The position numbers were made by a program, and so were the translations under genes. 64,000 nucleotides of DNA from an uncultured delta proteobacterium. Its GTDB lineage: Bacteria > Desulfobacterota > Binatia > Binatales > Binataceae. The stretch lies in the NCBI GenBank assembly GCA_963724765.1, contig CAVRVY010000004.1:608001-672000 (forward strand). Reading direction: 5' to 3'. The notes under the pieces were generated by a model. It made no database searches. It was not told the origin of the DNA and was given only the letters and a program-made list of their open reading frames with translations. This document shows, piece by piece, positions 30,069 through 39,798 of this stretch. Position 1 is the first letter of the stretch, and every line of letters begins with the position of its first letter.

Positions 30069-30215
30069 TGTCTCCAATGGAACCAAAGACTGGTCCATCG
30101 GACGCACTTTATGAGGCGCAACGAGGCGCTTACCCGATATCAACCGCAATTCGGACACCCAAAACTTCGCGAAAAGCTCATTTCTCGGTCCGCTGACGAC
30201 GGCATGGTCGTTGCT
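30069..30215 (+). promoter_or_regulatory. sigma54 promoter with two upstream palindromic sites (Crp/Fnr gene)
   Basis: CGGCATGGTCGTTGCT at 30200-30215; TGTCTCCAATGGAACCA at 30069 and CTGGTCCATCGGACGCA at 30090. Confidence 0.75.
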
Positions 30216-30266
30216 GTATTCGCGACCAGAGACTTCCTCAAATCTTGGTAGAAAAAGTAAAAGAAA

Positions 30267-31151
30267 ATGGACAGACAGAATAACCTGAGTCGCACCGATT
30301 TCAATTTGTTGAATCGGTTGGAACCCTTGTCGTTTCTTTCAGCCGTCGGATTGCTCGAGCTTGCGAGCGGCCTCAATTCGGCAAACTTTAAAAGGCGCGA
30401 GGTTATCCTTCCTGAAGAGGCGCTGGCTGCGGGTGTCCATATCCTGCTAAGGGGCGTGGCGAAGATCACTTGCGTGAACCGGTTTGGTCGCCGGGTAACC
30501 GCAGCTTTACTTGCACCTGGTCCAATCCCCGAGTTTCTTTCGCTCCCAGTCAGCAGGTGGCATTTTCGCTGCGAGGCTCATAGCGATTGCAGAGTCGGAA
30601 GTCTGAGCTGGGACCAATTCGACGTCATTACCAGGGCGGCGCCCCGATCTGCTTTAAGAAAATTTCACGAAAACAATCTGATGCAATGGTATCGGTTCTT
30701 CGAAGGGGGCCTCAGTTTCCTCCTGGGCCTCGACGTTCGCGAGCGTCTCGTGCTTGCGCTTCTTCAACTATGTTCGAGCTTCGGAGCCATAGAGTCACGT
30801 GGCACCCTTTTGCGAGTCTCGCTCAGCCACCAGGACCTGGCCGATCTGGTGGGTGCCTCGCGACCCCGAGTCACCGAACATTTAGCTGAGTTAGAGCGCG
30901 AGCATCTGCTTATTCGTCAAGGTCGGCAATTGATTGTGCGCGTGGACAGGATCGAAAATTCAACAAGCGTTCCGCCCCCCAACACGAGTGACTCATTCGC
31001 AAAAGCTGGCGCACAACCGCAATTTCCGAAAGAAGGCCAACTCTGTGGTCCACGTTCGTTCGCAGCGATGGCCTCTGTGAAGGCGCTGATACGTGAACCA
31101 TCCGCCAGTCGAGTATCTCGTTATATAAATAACTCTATCGCTATGGCCTGA
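30267..31151 (+). CDS. Crp/Fnr family transcriptional regulator
   Basis: cNMP-like domain, DVRERL, LSHQDLADLVGASRPRVTEHL HTH. Confidence 0.88.
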   Translation: MDRQNNLSRTDFNLLNRLEPLSFLSAVGLLELASGLNSANFKRREVILPEEALAAGVHILLRGVAKITCVNRFGRRVTAALLAPGPIPEFLSLPVSRWHFRCEAHSDCRVGSLSWDQFDVITRAAPRSALRKFHENNLMQWYRFFEGGLSFLLGLDVRERLVLALLQLCSSFGAIESRGTLLRVSLSHQDLADLVGASRPRVTEHLAELEREHLLIRQGRQLIVRVDRIENSTSVPPPNTSDSFAKAGAQPQFPKEGQLCGPRSFAAMASVKALIREPSASRVSRYINNSIAMA

Positions 31152-31221
31152 GCTGATCTTTCATTTCTGGAACAGAATCCTGATTTACTACTGGTGAAAA
31201 TAACTGGTATGGAGGTGTCTT

Positions 31222-31398
31222 ATGTTGCTTTTGATTATTCTGCTGATCCTGCTTTTCGGTGGTGGCGGTGGCTATTACGGATATCGCAGCGGCTACTATG
31301 GCGGAGGTGGGATGAGCCTGCTGACTATCGTGCTGATCGTCTTGCTGATCTGGCTGGTGATGGGTGGCGGGTTCGGACATGGAGTTATTGTCCATTGA
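31222..31398 (+). CDS. DUF3309-like small membrane protein
   Basis: Below cutoff; GGAGG RBS; MLLLIILLILLFGGGGGYYGYRSGYYGGGGMSLLTIVLIVLLIWL. Confidence 0.85.
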   Translation: MLLLIILLILLFGGGGGYYGYRSGYYGGGGMSLLTIVLIVLLIWLVMGGGFGHGVIVH

Positions 31399-31424
31399 CC
31401 GCTTCGCGGTCATGGAGAACAATC

Positions 31425-32480
31425 ATGCACCGACCATCATGGATGTGGATTAGGTACATTGTCCTGGCTGTGGTACTGGGCGCTGCGCTGGCCGGGCCGG
31501 CCGGGGCGGCAGTCCCGGACGCCTGGATCACCACCAAAATTAAGCTGGCGCTGTTGACCACGGAAGGCGTGAGCGGGACGGCGATTAAGGTCGACACCCT
31601 CGTCGGCCGGGTCACTCTGTACGGCAAGGTGCACTCCGCTCAGGAGAAGGCGAAGGCCGAAACCATCGCTCGGAAAGTCGACGGCGTTCAAGGCGTACGC
31701 AACCTGCTGCAGGTGGTCGCCCCACAGCATGAGAAGGCGATGCAGGTGTCTGATGACGACCTCAAGCAGCGAATCGAACAGGCGTTAGAGGCCGATCCTT
31801 CACTCAAGAGCAGCAATATCGCGGTGGAGTCCGTGAATCAGGGCGTGGTGCTTTTAGGCGGCACGGCAAAGACCTTGAGCGCTCACCTGCGCGCCGTCGA
31901 GGTTGCGGCCGCTGTGCCGGGCGTCCGCCGGGTCGCCAGTGAGATCCAGAGTCCCGACACTCTGGCCGATGCGGAGATCTGGCGCGAACCCACGCCGCGC
32001 CAGCCCAGGGCAGGGTACGAAGTGTGGGACACGGCCAGCGACATATGGATCACGTCGGCCGTGAGAATACGCTTGCTGGCCGATACCGAGGTTCCGGGGC
32101 TGGAAATCGACTTGGACTCGTGGGACGGGGTGGTGACGTTATTCGGGATTGTGTCTTCGCAGGAGGCCAAGGCCGCTGCTGAGGCCGACGCCCTCAAGGT
32201 GAGCGGAGTAAAGCGCGTGGTGAACGAACTGCAGGTGGTGGCGAGCGCGAGACAAAAAGCCGTAAACGCGAGCGACGACGAGCTACAGCACGAGGTCAGG
32301 AAGGCTCTCGACGAGCATGAGTTCAGAGACGTCGGCTCGGAGGTGAGAAACGGTGTCGTGCGGCTGACTGGGACCGTCCCAACCGGGGCGCGGAACCTGG
32401 AGGCCGCAGTGGTGGCGCGCTCGATTCCGGGCGTGCGCGCGGTCGAGGACGATCTGCGCCTCCGGGCAGTCGAGGACTAA
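31425..32480 (+). CDS. OsmY-like protein with four BON domains
   Basis: DAWITTKIK, GRVTLYG.V, GV.GVRN.L repeats; signal peptide. Confidence 0.9.
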   Translation: MHRPSWMWIRYIVLAVVLGAALAGPAGAAVPDAWITTKIKLALLTTEGVSGTAIKVDTLVGRVTLYGKVHSAQEKAKAETIARKVDGVQGVRNLLQVVAPQHEKAMQVSDDDLKQRIEQALEADPSLKSSNIAVESVNQGVVLLGGTAKTLSAHLRAVEVAAAVPGVRRVASEIQSPDTLADAEIWREPTPRQPRAGYEVWDTASDIWITSAVRIRLLADTEVPGLEIDLDSWDGVVTLFGIVSSQEAKAAAEADALKVSGVKRVVNELQVVASARQKAVNASDDELQHEVRKALDEHEFRDVGSEVRNGVVRLTGTVPTGARNLEAAVVARSIPGVRAVEDDLRLRAVED

Positions 32481-32606
32481 CCCGATGCTGCAGCGCTCCG
32501 ACACCACACGCATCCACTTTGTTTGCACGCGTGAGGACTCGAGCAAGCAGTGCGTTAAAGTGTGATCCGGGAACTTCTGCAAATTGCAGGCTAAGAGGTA
32601 ACAACA

Positions 32607-32846
32607 ATGACACTTGAAGAGACCGCAAAATCGACGGTGCGCGACGCGATGGATCAGGGTCGCGAAACCGCGGAGAAGGCCACGCAGGCAGTAAAAGGCG
32701 GCTACAAGGCTGCGCAGCAGTACGCTGAGGACGGACGTTTCAATCTTGGCCTTGGCGATTTCGTTCGGCGCGAACCGTGGTTAGCTGTAGCAGCCGCTTT
32801 TGCGATCGGATACGTCGCTGCGCAGATCGTCAGGCGTGTTTCCTGA
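32607..32846 (+). CDS. ElaB/YqjD/DUF883-like tail-anchored protein
   Basis: FVRREPWLAVAAAFAIGYV C-terminus; GAGG RBS. Confidence 0.75.
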   Translation: MTLEETAKSTVRDAMDQGRETAEKATQAVKGGYKAAQQYAEDGRFNLGLGDFVRREPWLAVAAAFAIGYVAAQIVRRVS

Positions 32847-33161
32847 CGGAGTGTGTCCCATGGATATTTCAGCCGATACCGCTCCGCAGCGCCGCCGACG
32901 CCGTCGCGTGGATAGGTATGTTAGGGATGAGCCGCTCAGTTCTCTGGCGATTGCCGAGAGCTATCCCGTTGCCGCTTCCTTGGTGGCGGGCGCTTTGGGC
33001 CTTTTCATCGGCTCAGGGCGCTCAGGGCGGTTCGCGACTGAATGGTTGTGAGAGCGGGCGCTTATCCCCGAGGTGCAAGAGGCAACTGCGCAGCATGTGA
33101 GTTTGCCATAGCGGAACGGAAAAATAGTTTTGCGCCGCCCTGCGACAGTGCACAGACTCGC

Positions 33162-34472
33162 TTATCTCGCAGAACCGTTGCCGATAGTGAACGTCCGCGT
33201 GTCGTCATCGTACGTGAAAAGTTCGGCATATCGCGCCCAACCGATGACGGCGCGCAACGTCTTCTCCGTGTCGCTCGGATTCAGATGGTCTTCCAGTTCG
33301 GACTCAAATCTCACCCGAGGTGCGAGGTGACCCTCACGCTCATTGAGGACATGACGGATATGGGCGGCGAGAGGTACAAAGCGGAGCAGATGCTCGCTGA
33401 AGAGCCGCTTACGCTCTTCCGTCCCGCTCTGGGCGAATACGCGCCCGGCCGCGGTCAGCTTGATGGCGCCGTCCTTGAGCTCGGCGAATTCCAGGATGTG
33501 AAGAGCTTCGGCAATAGGGAAGAGGTCTCTGATATCCAGGGCGAGCGCGCCAGCAATCCTGGCCAGCTCGGCACACCCTTGGTAGGGGGTCGAAGCCAAT
33601 GCCTCGATGAATCCGGCGAGCCGATTGATCGGGACCGATGGCAGCGGCTGCACCAAACCCCCGTGGATTTGGCTTTGTGCTCCGATCGACTCCGTCGTGC
33701 GTGACGTAAGAATCGAATAAAACTCGTCAACAATATTGTGAAACTCGGCATCCAATCGGTTGCGCGGATGCGCCAAGGGAACCGGAATCTCAGCCGCGAT
33801 GCGCCCGGGACCCGAGGAAAGGACGAGGATTCGGTCACACATCATGACCGCTTCTTCGATGTTGTGCGTTACCAGCAGCACCGACTTGGTGGGAAGCTGA
33901 CGCTCGATCCAGAGATCGAGGAAGTCCGAACGCAAGGTCTCGGCCGTCAGAACATCGAGAGCGGAAAACGGCTCATCCATGAGAAGCAAAACCGGCTCGA
34001 TTACGATCGCCCGCGCAAAGCCGACCCGTTGGCGCATTCCGCCCGAGAGCTCGCGAGGATAAGCGGATTGGAACCCATCGAGACCGATCAAATCGATGGC
34101 TGACATTGCCCGGCGGCGAGCCTCGTCGTGAGCCAACCCGAGCGCATCGAGGCCGGCCTCGACGTTCTCGAGCACGGTAAGCCAGGGAAAGAGGGCAAAG
34201 CTCTGAAATACAACTGCGATACCTTCGGCCGGCTTAGACAACGGCTCTCCGCGATAGAGCACATCCCCGGAAGTTGGCGCAATAAGCCCTCCAGCGATGC
34301 GCAGTAGGGTCGACTTTCCTGAACCTGAACGGCCAAGGAGGCCGAGGATCTCGCCTTCTCGCAGTGCCAGGTTGATGTCGGCCAGGACTGGCAGCGGTTC
34401 GCCCGATGGCCTGGCGAAAGCTTTGCTGACCTTGCGCATTTCGATGATGGGGCTGTTCACCTGGCGGGCCAT
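33162..34472 (-). CDS. NitT/TauT-type ABC ATPase with C-terminal AAA-associated domain
   Basis: GRSGSGKS, LSGGMRQR, DEPFSALD, WARYAELFTY. Confidence 0.92.
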   Translation of the reverse strand: MARQVNSPIIEMRKVSKAFARPSGEPLPVLADINLALREGEILGLLGRSGSGKSTLLRIAGGLIAPTSGDVLYRGEPLSKPAEGIAVVFQSFALFPWLTVLENVEAGLDALGLAHDEARRRAMSAIDLIGLDGFQSAYPRELSGGMRQRVGFARAIVIEPVLLLMDEPFSALDVLTAETLRSDFLDLWIERQLPTKSVLLVTHNIEEAVMMCDRILVLSSGPGRIAAEIPVPLAHPRNRLDAEFHNIVDEFYSILTSRTTESIGAQSQIHGGLVQPLPSVPINRLAGFIEALASTPYQGCAELARIAGALALDIRDLFPIAEALHILEFAELKDGAIKLTAAGRVFAQSGTEERKRLFSEHLLRFVPLAAHIRHVLNEREGHLAPRVRFESELEDHLNPSDTEKTLRAVIGWARYAELFTYDDDTRTFTIGNGSAR

Positions 34473-34481
34473 TAGTTCCTT

Positions 34482-36218
34482 TCAATCGAGCCGCGTTCGC
34501 CGTTGGGCAAAGGCGTAGAGCGGCCGCCATAGCAGCCGGTTCATCGTGATGACGAACACTGACATAACCGCAACGCCGAGGGCGATCCGAGGGTAATCGC
34601 CCGCTTCGGTCATCCGCGCGATATAGGCGCCGAGCCCTGACCCGCTCAGCTTTGTCGGTCCCCAGCTGACCGCCTCAGAAACGATGCTTGCATTCCAGGC
34701 GCCGCCGGAAGCCGTAATCGCCCCCGTCACGTAATAAGGGAAGATTCCGGGCAGTATCACCTGCCGCCACCAGCGCCAACCGCGGATTCGAAAGCTCGCT
34801 GCGGCTTCTCTTAAGTCGGTCGGAAACGCACTTGCGCCGGCGATAACGTTGAAAAGGATGTACCACTGCGCTCCGAGAATCATCAGCGGGCTAAGCCAGA
34901 TCTTGGGAGCGAGGGCAAACTTCACGATTAGGAAGACCGCTACGGGGAAGAGCAGGTTGGCCGGAAAGGCGGCAAGAAACTGCGCGACCGGCTGGACCTT
35001 CTCCGCGAGCTTCGGCCGTAGCCCGACACCTACTCCAATCGGGACCCAGATCACTGTCGCCAGGGCGATCAGGATCACGACGCGAAGCAGGGTAAGGACG
35101 CCGTTGCTTACGGCTATGGTAACGTCGCCCCAAGACAACTCAGGTTCGGCAAATTGCACGAGATTCCATCCCACATATGCGAGGCTGGCAAGAAGAAAGC
35201 CGAACCAAGCGAGATCAGCTGCCCGGCGAGGTAGCGCGAAAACCCGCAGCCAACGAGGTTTTCGGGGCAGAGCAAGCCGGGCTCGCACGGTGGCCTGCAC
35301 GCCTTTGCCGATCGGCTCGCCCAGGAGTCTTAGCAAGCTTGCTCCCCGAAACAGGTCAAGCGCCCAGCTCCTCGGCACGACCAGCGCAGCCGTCTGCTCG
35401 AACCGGAATTTGTCCGCCCAGGCTACCAACGGACGGAAGAGCAGCTGATCGTAAATAAGGATCGTGATGGTCATCGCGACGATTGCCCACCCGACCCCCG
35501 CGAGGTCACGCTGCTGGATTGCAAGGGCGACGTAGGACCCGATTCCGGGAAGCGTGATGTGGATGTTGCCGACGGAGATAGCTTCGGAGGCGACGACAAA
35601 GAACCAGCCGCCAGACATCGACATCATCATGTTCCAGATCAGCCCAGGCATGGCGAACGGCACCTCGAGGCGCCAAAAGCGTTGCCAACCCGAGAACCGG
35701 AAACTGCGGCTCGCCTCGTCGAGATCGGTCGGAATTGTTATCAGTGACTGATAGAAACTGAACGCCATGTTCCAGGCCTGGGCCGTGAAGATCGCGAAGA
35801 TCGCGGCCAGCTCCGGTCCCAGCGAAGTGCCGGGAAAAAGCGAGACGAAGAACACGACCGTGAAGGAGAGATAGCCCAGCACCGGCACCGATTGGAGGAC
35901 GTCCAGCAGCGGTATCAGCACTGTTTCGGCCCGCCGGCTCTTAGCCGCCGGCGTGGCGTAGGTGAACGTGAAGATTAGAGAGGCGACGAGCGCGGCCAGC
36001 ATGCGCATCGTCGTACGGAGAGAGTAGACCGGCAGGGCAGCCGGTGAGAGGGAGATCCTTGGCTGTTGCGCGGTAATGAAAGGCGCCACCATCTGGTGGG
36101 CGCCGGATCCGATGAGAATCACAATCGCCAGCACCAGCAGCGTGGCAGCAGCGTCCCGCCAGGTCGGGACGCGTTGATACCACTGTCCGCCGATCAGTAT
36201 CTCGGCGTGCTGCTCCAC
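34482..36218 (-). CDS. NitT/TauT-type ABC permease (duplicated TM domain)
   Basis: LLDVLQSVPVLG, WNMMMSMSGGWFFVVASE, ITASGGAWNASIVSE. Confidence 0.92.
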   Translation of the reverse strand: MEQHAEILIGGQWYQRVPTWRDAAATLLVLAIVILIGSGAHQMVAPFITAQQPRISLSPAALPVYSLRTTMRMLAALVASLIFTFTYATPAAKSRRAETVLIPLLDVLQSVPVLGYLSFTVVFFVSLFPGTSLGPELAAIFAIFTAQAWNMAFSFYQSLITIPTDLDEASRSFRFSGWQRFWRLEVPFAMPGLIWNMMMSMSGGWFFVVASEAISVGNIHITLPGIGSYVALAIQQRDLAGVGWAIVAMTITILIYDQLLFRPLVAWADKFRFEQTAALVVPRSWALDLFRGASLLRLLGEPIGKGVQATVRARLALPRKPRWLRVFALPRRAADLAWFGFLLASLAYVGWNLVQFAEPELSWGDVTIAVSNGVLTLLRVVILIALATVIWVPIGVGVGLRPKLAEKVQPVAQFLAAFPANLLFPVAVFLIVKFALAPKIWLSPLMILGAQWYILFNVIAGASAFPTDLREAAASFRIRGWRWWRQVILPGIFPYYVTGAITASGGAWNASIVSEAVSWGPTKLSGSGLGAYIARMTEAGDYPRIALGVAVMSVFVITMNRLLWRPLYAFAQRRTRLD

Positions 36219-36485
36219 CCTGCCTCACCCTTCGGCATTCGCCGACAAATCCTTTGCTTGGTCTCCTAACCAAGCGGTTGACCTCTATCTATCTTGAACG
36301 GAAAAAATCGCCTGCCGTCGGGCCTGCCGAAGCGGAGCGCGGACGTGCCGGATGACAAGCGCCATCATCCCTGAACCTTGCGAAAGTGCATTATTCCTGT
36401 GCGCGGGGTGCGCGACGCTGTTGCTCGGTGTCAGCCAGTGGCACACGTTCTCGCGTATTCCTAAACGGTCCGCGGGCGCTTGCAC

Positions 36486-38039
36486 TCACCGGTTTTGTGG
36501 TTTGGATTGCGCACTCTTAGTATCAGCAGGATCTTGGATTGATGAACCGCGCAGAGCGTCTTCCGGTGTGTTCCACCAGCCTCCGCCGAGAGCAACCAAA
36601 AGCGCGGCGGTATCTTGAAGACGTTGTCCCATCACCTGGATATAGCCAAGTCTCGCCTGCTGGTACTGATAGTCAGCGATTAGCACCTGCAGATAGTTGA
36701 CGGTGCCGGCCTGATAGTTTGCCTGTATCAGGTGCAGCGCCTCAGCCGCCGCGTCGAGCGCCTGCGATTGAGCACTGAGAGTCTGGGCATCATGCTGCAG
36801 CGCGTCCAGCGCATCCGCGACCTGTGCAAGCGCTGCTAGAACGATCTGGCGATAGTTTGCCAAAGCCTGTTGATACGCGTCGATTGCCGCCTTTCGTTGG
36901 TACCAGAGTGTGGGTCCCTGGATCAGCGGGGTTGCAAGAGTAGCGCCCATGGTCCAGAAGGCGGCGCTACTGGCGAACAGAGTGGAAAGCGTGGTGCTGT
37001 TCAAACCGTAGTCGGCAGTCAGGTTGAAGTTCGGGAGCATATTCGCAGTTGCCACCCCTATCTGAGCGCTGGCGCTATGTAGCTGGGCTTCCGCGATTAG
37101 GATATCGGGACGTTGACGCACCAACTCGGACGGCAGGCTGACCGGCAGGTCGTCGGGAAGTTTGAGTTCGGCCAGCGTAACCCGTGGCGGCGCCCAATCG
37201 CTCGGGGCCTGGCCTGCTAAGGTCGCGAGCAAGTGACGGGTGTGGGCCAGTTGCTGCTGAAGAGGCGGCAGCGTGGCCTGCGTTGTGGCCAGTTGAGTTT
37301 GGATGCTGAGTAAGTTCGCATAGGGAACGACACCCGCGCGCGCCTGCGCGCCCGTGATGTTGGTCTGCTCCTCAAGAAACCCAACGATCTGTTGCGTCGC
37401 TTCGATCTCAGCGCTGTACGCCGCCTCCGCCACAACCGCGTTGACAAGGTTGCCCGACAACGCGAGGTAGGAACCCTGGACGTTGTAATATTGCACGTCT
37501 ACCTGCGCGCCCAGCCCCTCTACGGTGCGTCGCTCGCCGCCCCACACGTCGAGGACGTAGCCGACCGTTGCCTGAAGGGTATAAAGATTAAAGATACTAG
37601 GGCCGGAACTCTCGCCGAAGCGGGCCGGGGAGAATTGCTGGCGCGTGGGTTGGAAGCTAGCGCCGAGCTGTGGGTAGAAGATCCCATAGCCGGCACGAAG
37701 GTTATCCTCACTTTGCCGCAGACTTGCCTGCGCGGCCTGCAGCGTCGGATTATTGGCGATGGATTGCATGACCAGCGCGTCCAACTTCGAGCAGTTGAAT
37801 AGCCGCCACCAGTCTGCGGCAATCTTCGCCCCGTGCTCGAAATGCTGCGCGCCACCCACCGTGGCAATCGTTCCGCCGGGCTCTTCCTTGTAGGTGTAGC
37901 GTCGACTGGCAGGTCCTTCGGGGCGCACAAAGTCCGGCCCCACGGCACACGCGGCAATCCAACATGAAAGAAGGACGCAGAGCGCCTTCAATACGTAATC
38001 GCACCCACGGCAGCGGCTATTTCTCGGCAACGTAGACAT
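36486..38039 (-). CDS. NodT/TolC efflux outer-membrane lipoprotein
   Basis: IAACAVGPDF lipobox, PSELVRQRPDI, ALGGGW. Confidence 0.93.
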   Translation of the reverse strand: MSTLPRNSRCRGCDYVLKALCVLLSCWIAACAVGPDFVRPEGPASRRYTYKEEPGGTIATVGGAQHFEHGAKIAADWWRLFNCSKLDALVMQSIANNPTLQAAQASLRQSEDNLRAGYGIFYPQLGASFQPTRQQFSPARFGESSGPSIFNLYTLQATVGYVLDVWGGERRTVEGLGAQVDVQYYNVQGSYLALSGNLVNAVVAEAAYSAEIEATQQIVGFLEEQTNITGAQARAGVVPYANLLSIQTQLATTQATLPPLQQQLAHTRHLLATLAGQAPSDWAPPRVTLAELKLPDDLPVSLPSELVRQRPDILIAEAQLHSASAQIGVATANMLPNFNLTADYGLNSTTLSTLFASSAAFWTMGATLATPLIQGPTLWYQRKAAIDAYQQALANYRQIVLAALAQVADALDALQHDAQTLSAQSQALDAAAEALHLIQANYQAGTVNYLQVLIADYQYQQARLGYIQVMGQRLQDTAALLVALGGGWWNTPEDALRGSSIQDPADTKSAQSKPQNR

Positions 38040-39102
38040 CCACTAATTGGCCCGGGTACACGGCGAGATTTTTGGGCTTCGCGAACCGAAAGATGACCGG
38101 TAACACTCGAACATCGACCCTTTCGAGTCGCTGGTCGGACAATTCGATCTTTGGAGAGACGTACGGCTGTATTCTCACGTATTCAAGTGGAACGCTGACG
38201 TTCGTGCCTCGAATGAACATACGCGCCCGCATCTGAGGTCCTGGGGCCATCCTGTGTATCAGTATCTCGTCGATATAACAGCGAACGCTTATATATTCTT
38301 CTGAAGCTCCCATTACGATGATTGGGTCAGATCCCTGCGTATAGGTATCGTAAGTGCCCTGGGGGGCGACATAGCTGCCAACGGCCGCCTGAATCGCAAG
38401 GATTTTGCCATCGGCCGGCGCCCTGACCGTGTACCAGGCGAGCAGGGATTTGGATGACAGGTAAGCCTTTTCATCGGCTTCATAGGTTTTCTCCTGATTT
38501 CTAATATCGTAGATCCAGGCGCCGGCCTTGGTGAGGTCGTAATTCCTCTGTACTACTTTGAGGTTGGTCGCGGCGACCTTGACGGCGTTTTTCGCGTCGT
38601 CGAGCGTGTACTTGCTCACGGATTTGGGATCCAGCTGATAAGACGCCTCCTGCTTCTGGAGTTCGTCCTGCGCGTTCTTGAGTTGTGCTCGTGCGTACAC
38701 AACCTGGGCCTTGGAGACATCGAAGGTTTCTTTGCGAGGTTCGGCCTGGAGTTCTTCGAGCATGGCGTGCGCGGCTTCGGCTTGCGACCGCAGTTGCTCG
38801 GCGGTCGCCCTCTGGACCGAGTCGTCCATCCGCAGGAGTACCGTTCTTCCCCGGACAGACTGCCCCTCGTGGACCGGGATTTCTACAATCGTGCCGGCTA
38901 CGTTGGGATAGATGTTGATGTCCTCGCCGTTGTTCTGGTAGCTCTCGACGATACCCTCTGCATAGATACCCTTTGCATATGGGTTTGCCGCTGGGTTAAA
39001 TGCCGGCCCAAGTGGCGCGCCATGCAGCCCGTATAGGTATGCGCCAATCAAGCCGGCTGTTAGTCCAAGAAACGCCAGCAGGAGCTCGATCCTGGGCCTC
39101 AT
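38017..39102 (-). CDS. HlyD-type membrane fusion protein
   Basis: Lipoyl-like halves, coiled coil, RVDVRVLPVIF, YPGQLVDV. Confidence 0.9.
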   Translation of the reverse strand: MRPRIELLLAFLGLTAGLIGAYLYGLHGAPLGPAFNPAANPYAKGIYAEGIVESYQNNGEDINIYPNVAGTIVEIPVHEGQSVRGRTVLLRMDDSVQRATAEQLRSQAEAAHAMLEELQAEPRKETFDVSKAQVVYARAQLKNAQDELQKQEASYQLDPKSVSKYTLDDAKNAVKVAATNLKVVQRNYDLTKAGAWIYDIRNQEKTYEADEKAYLSSKSLLAWYTVRAPADGKILAIQAAVGSYVAPQGTYDTYTQGSDPIIVMGASEEYISVRCYIDEILIHRMAPGPQMRARMFIRGTNVSVPLEYVRIQPYVSPKIELSDQRLERVDVRVLPVIFRFAKPKNLAVYPGQLVDVYVAEK

Positions 39103-39797
39103 ACAATGCCCCCCTCCCGGAAGCCGGTTATCCGCCCGTCCTCCATCTCCATAATCCTGTTGCTGTACTCAAAGATTCTGCTGTCATGCGTGACGATGAG
39201 AATGCAGCGCTTTGCCGTCAGGATTTCGGTTTTGACGAAGGACACGATCCTGCGTCCGGTCTCGCCATCAAGCGAGGCGGTGGGCTCGTCGAATACAAGG
39301 ATCTCGGGTTGATGAACGATGGCGCGCGCGATTGCCACGCGCTGCTGCTCCCCACCGCTTAGCTTGGTCGGCGGAAGTTGCGCCTTGTCGGCCAAGCCCA
39401 CGACGTCGAGATACCGGGCTGCCTCTCGAAGCGCCTCGTCCCAGCTTCGCCTCTGCAGAATCAGCGGGATCGCTACATTCTCTGCGGTCGTGAGGCGGGG
39501 GAAGAGATGATAGTCCTGAAACACGAAACCGATCGTGTTCAGCCGGAAATCGGCAATTTCGTTGTCCGAGAGACTCCAGAGATCGCGATTGTCTATTTTC
39601 ACCGAACCGGAGTTCGGTCGTAGAATTCCTGAAATCATGCTCAACAAAGTTGTCTTGCCGCTGCCCGACGGTCCCACTATGTAAAGCATCTGGCCCCAAT
39701 TCGCCTCGAAGCTCACTTCTTTTACCGCGTGGGTTCTGGCTTCACCTTGTCCGAACCATTTCGAGATCTTGTCAGCCACGATTGCGGCCCCGAGCAT
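39099..39797 (-). CDS. ABC efflux ATPase (DevA/LolD-like)
   Basis: GPSGSGKT, LSGGEQQR, DEPTASLD. Confidence 0.93.
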   Translation of the reverse strand: MLGAAIVADKISKWFGQGEARTHAVKEVSFEANWGQMLYIVGPSGSGKTTLLSMISGILRPNSGSVKIDNRDLWSLSDNEIADFRLNTIGFVFQDYHLFPRLTTAENVAIPLILQRRSWDEALREAARYLDVVGLADKAQLPPTKLSGGEQQRVAIARAIVHQPEILVFDEPTASLDGETGRRIVSFVKTEILTAKRCILIVTHDSRIFEYSNRIMEMEDGRITGFREGGIV

Positions 39798-39798
39798 A

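Noticed and set aside
32852-32868. UAS-like TGTGTCCCATGGATATT
   Set aside because: Two mismatches and no sigma54 promoter nearby; may be chance.
33162-36218. ABC importer lacking a substrate-binding protein
   Set aside because: The two-gene layout is usual for this NitT/TauT AAA-associated subfamily.
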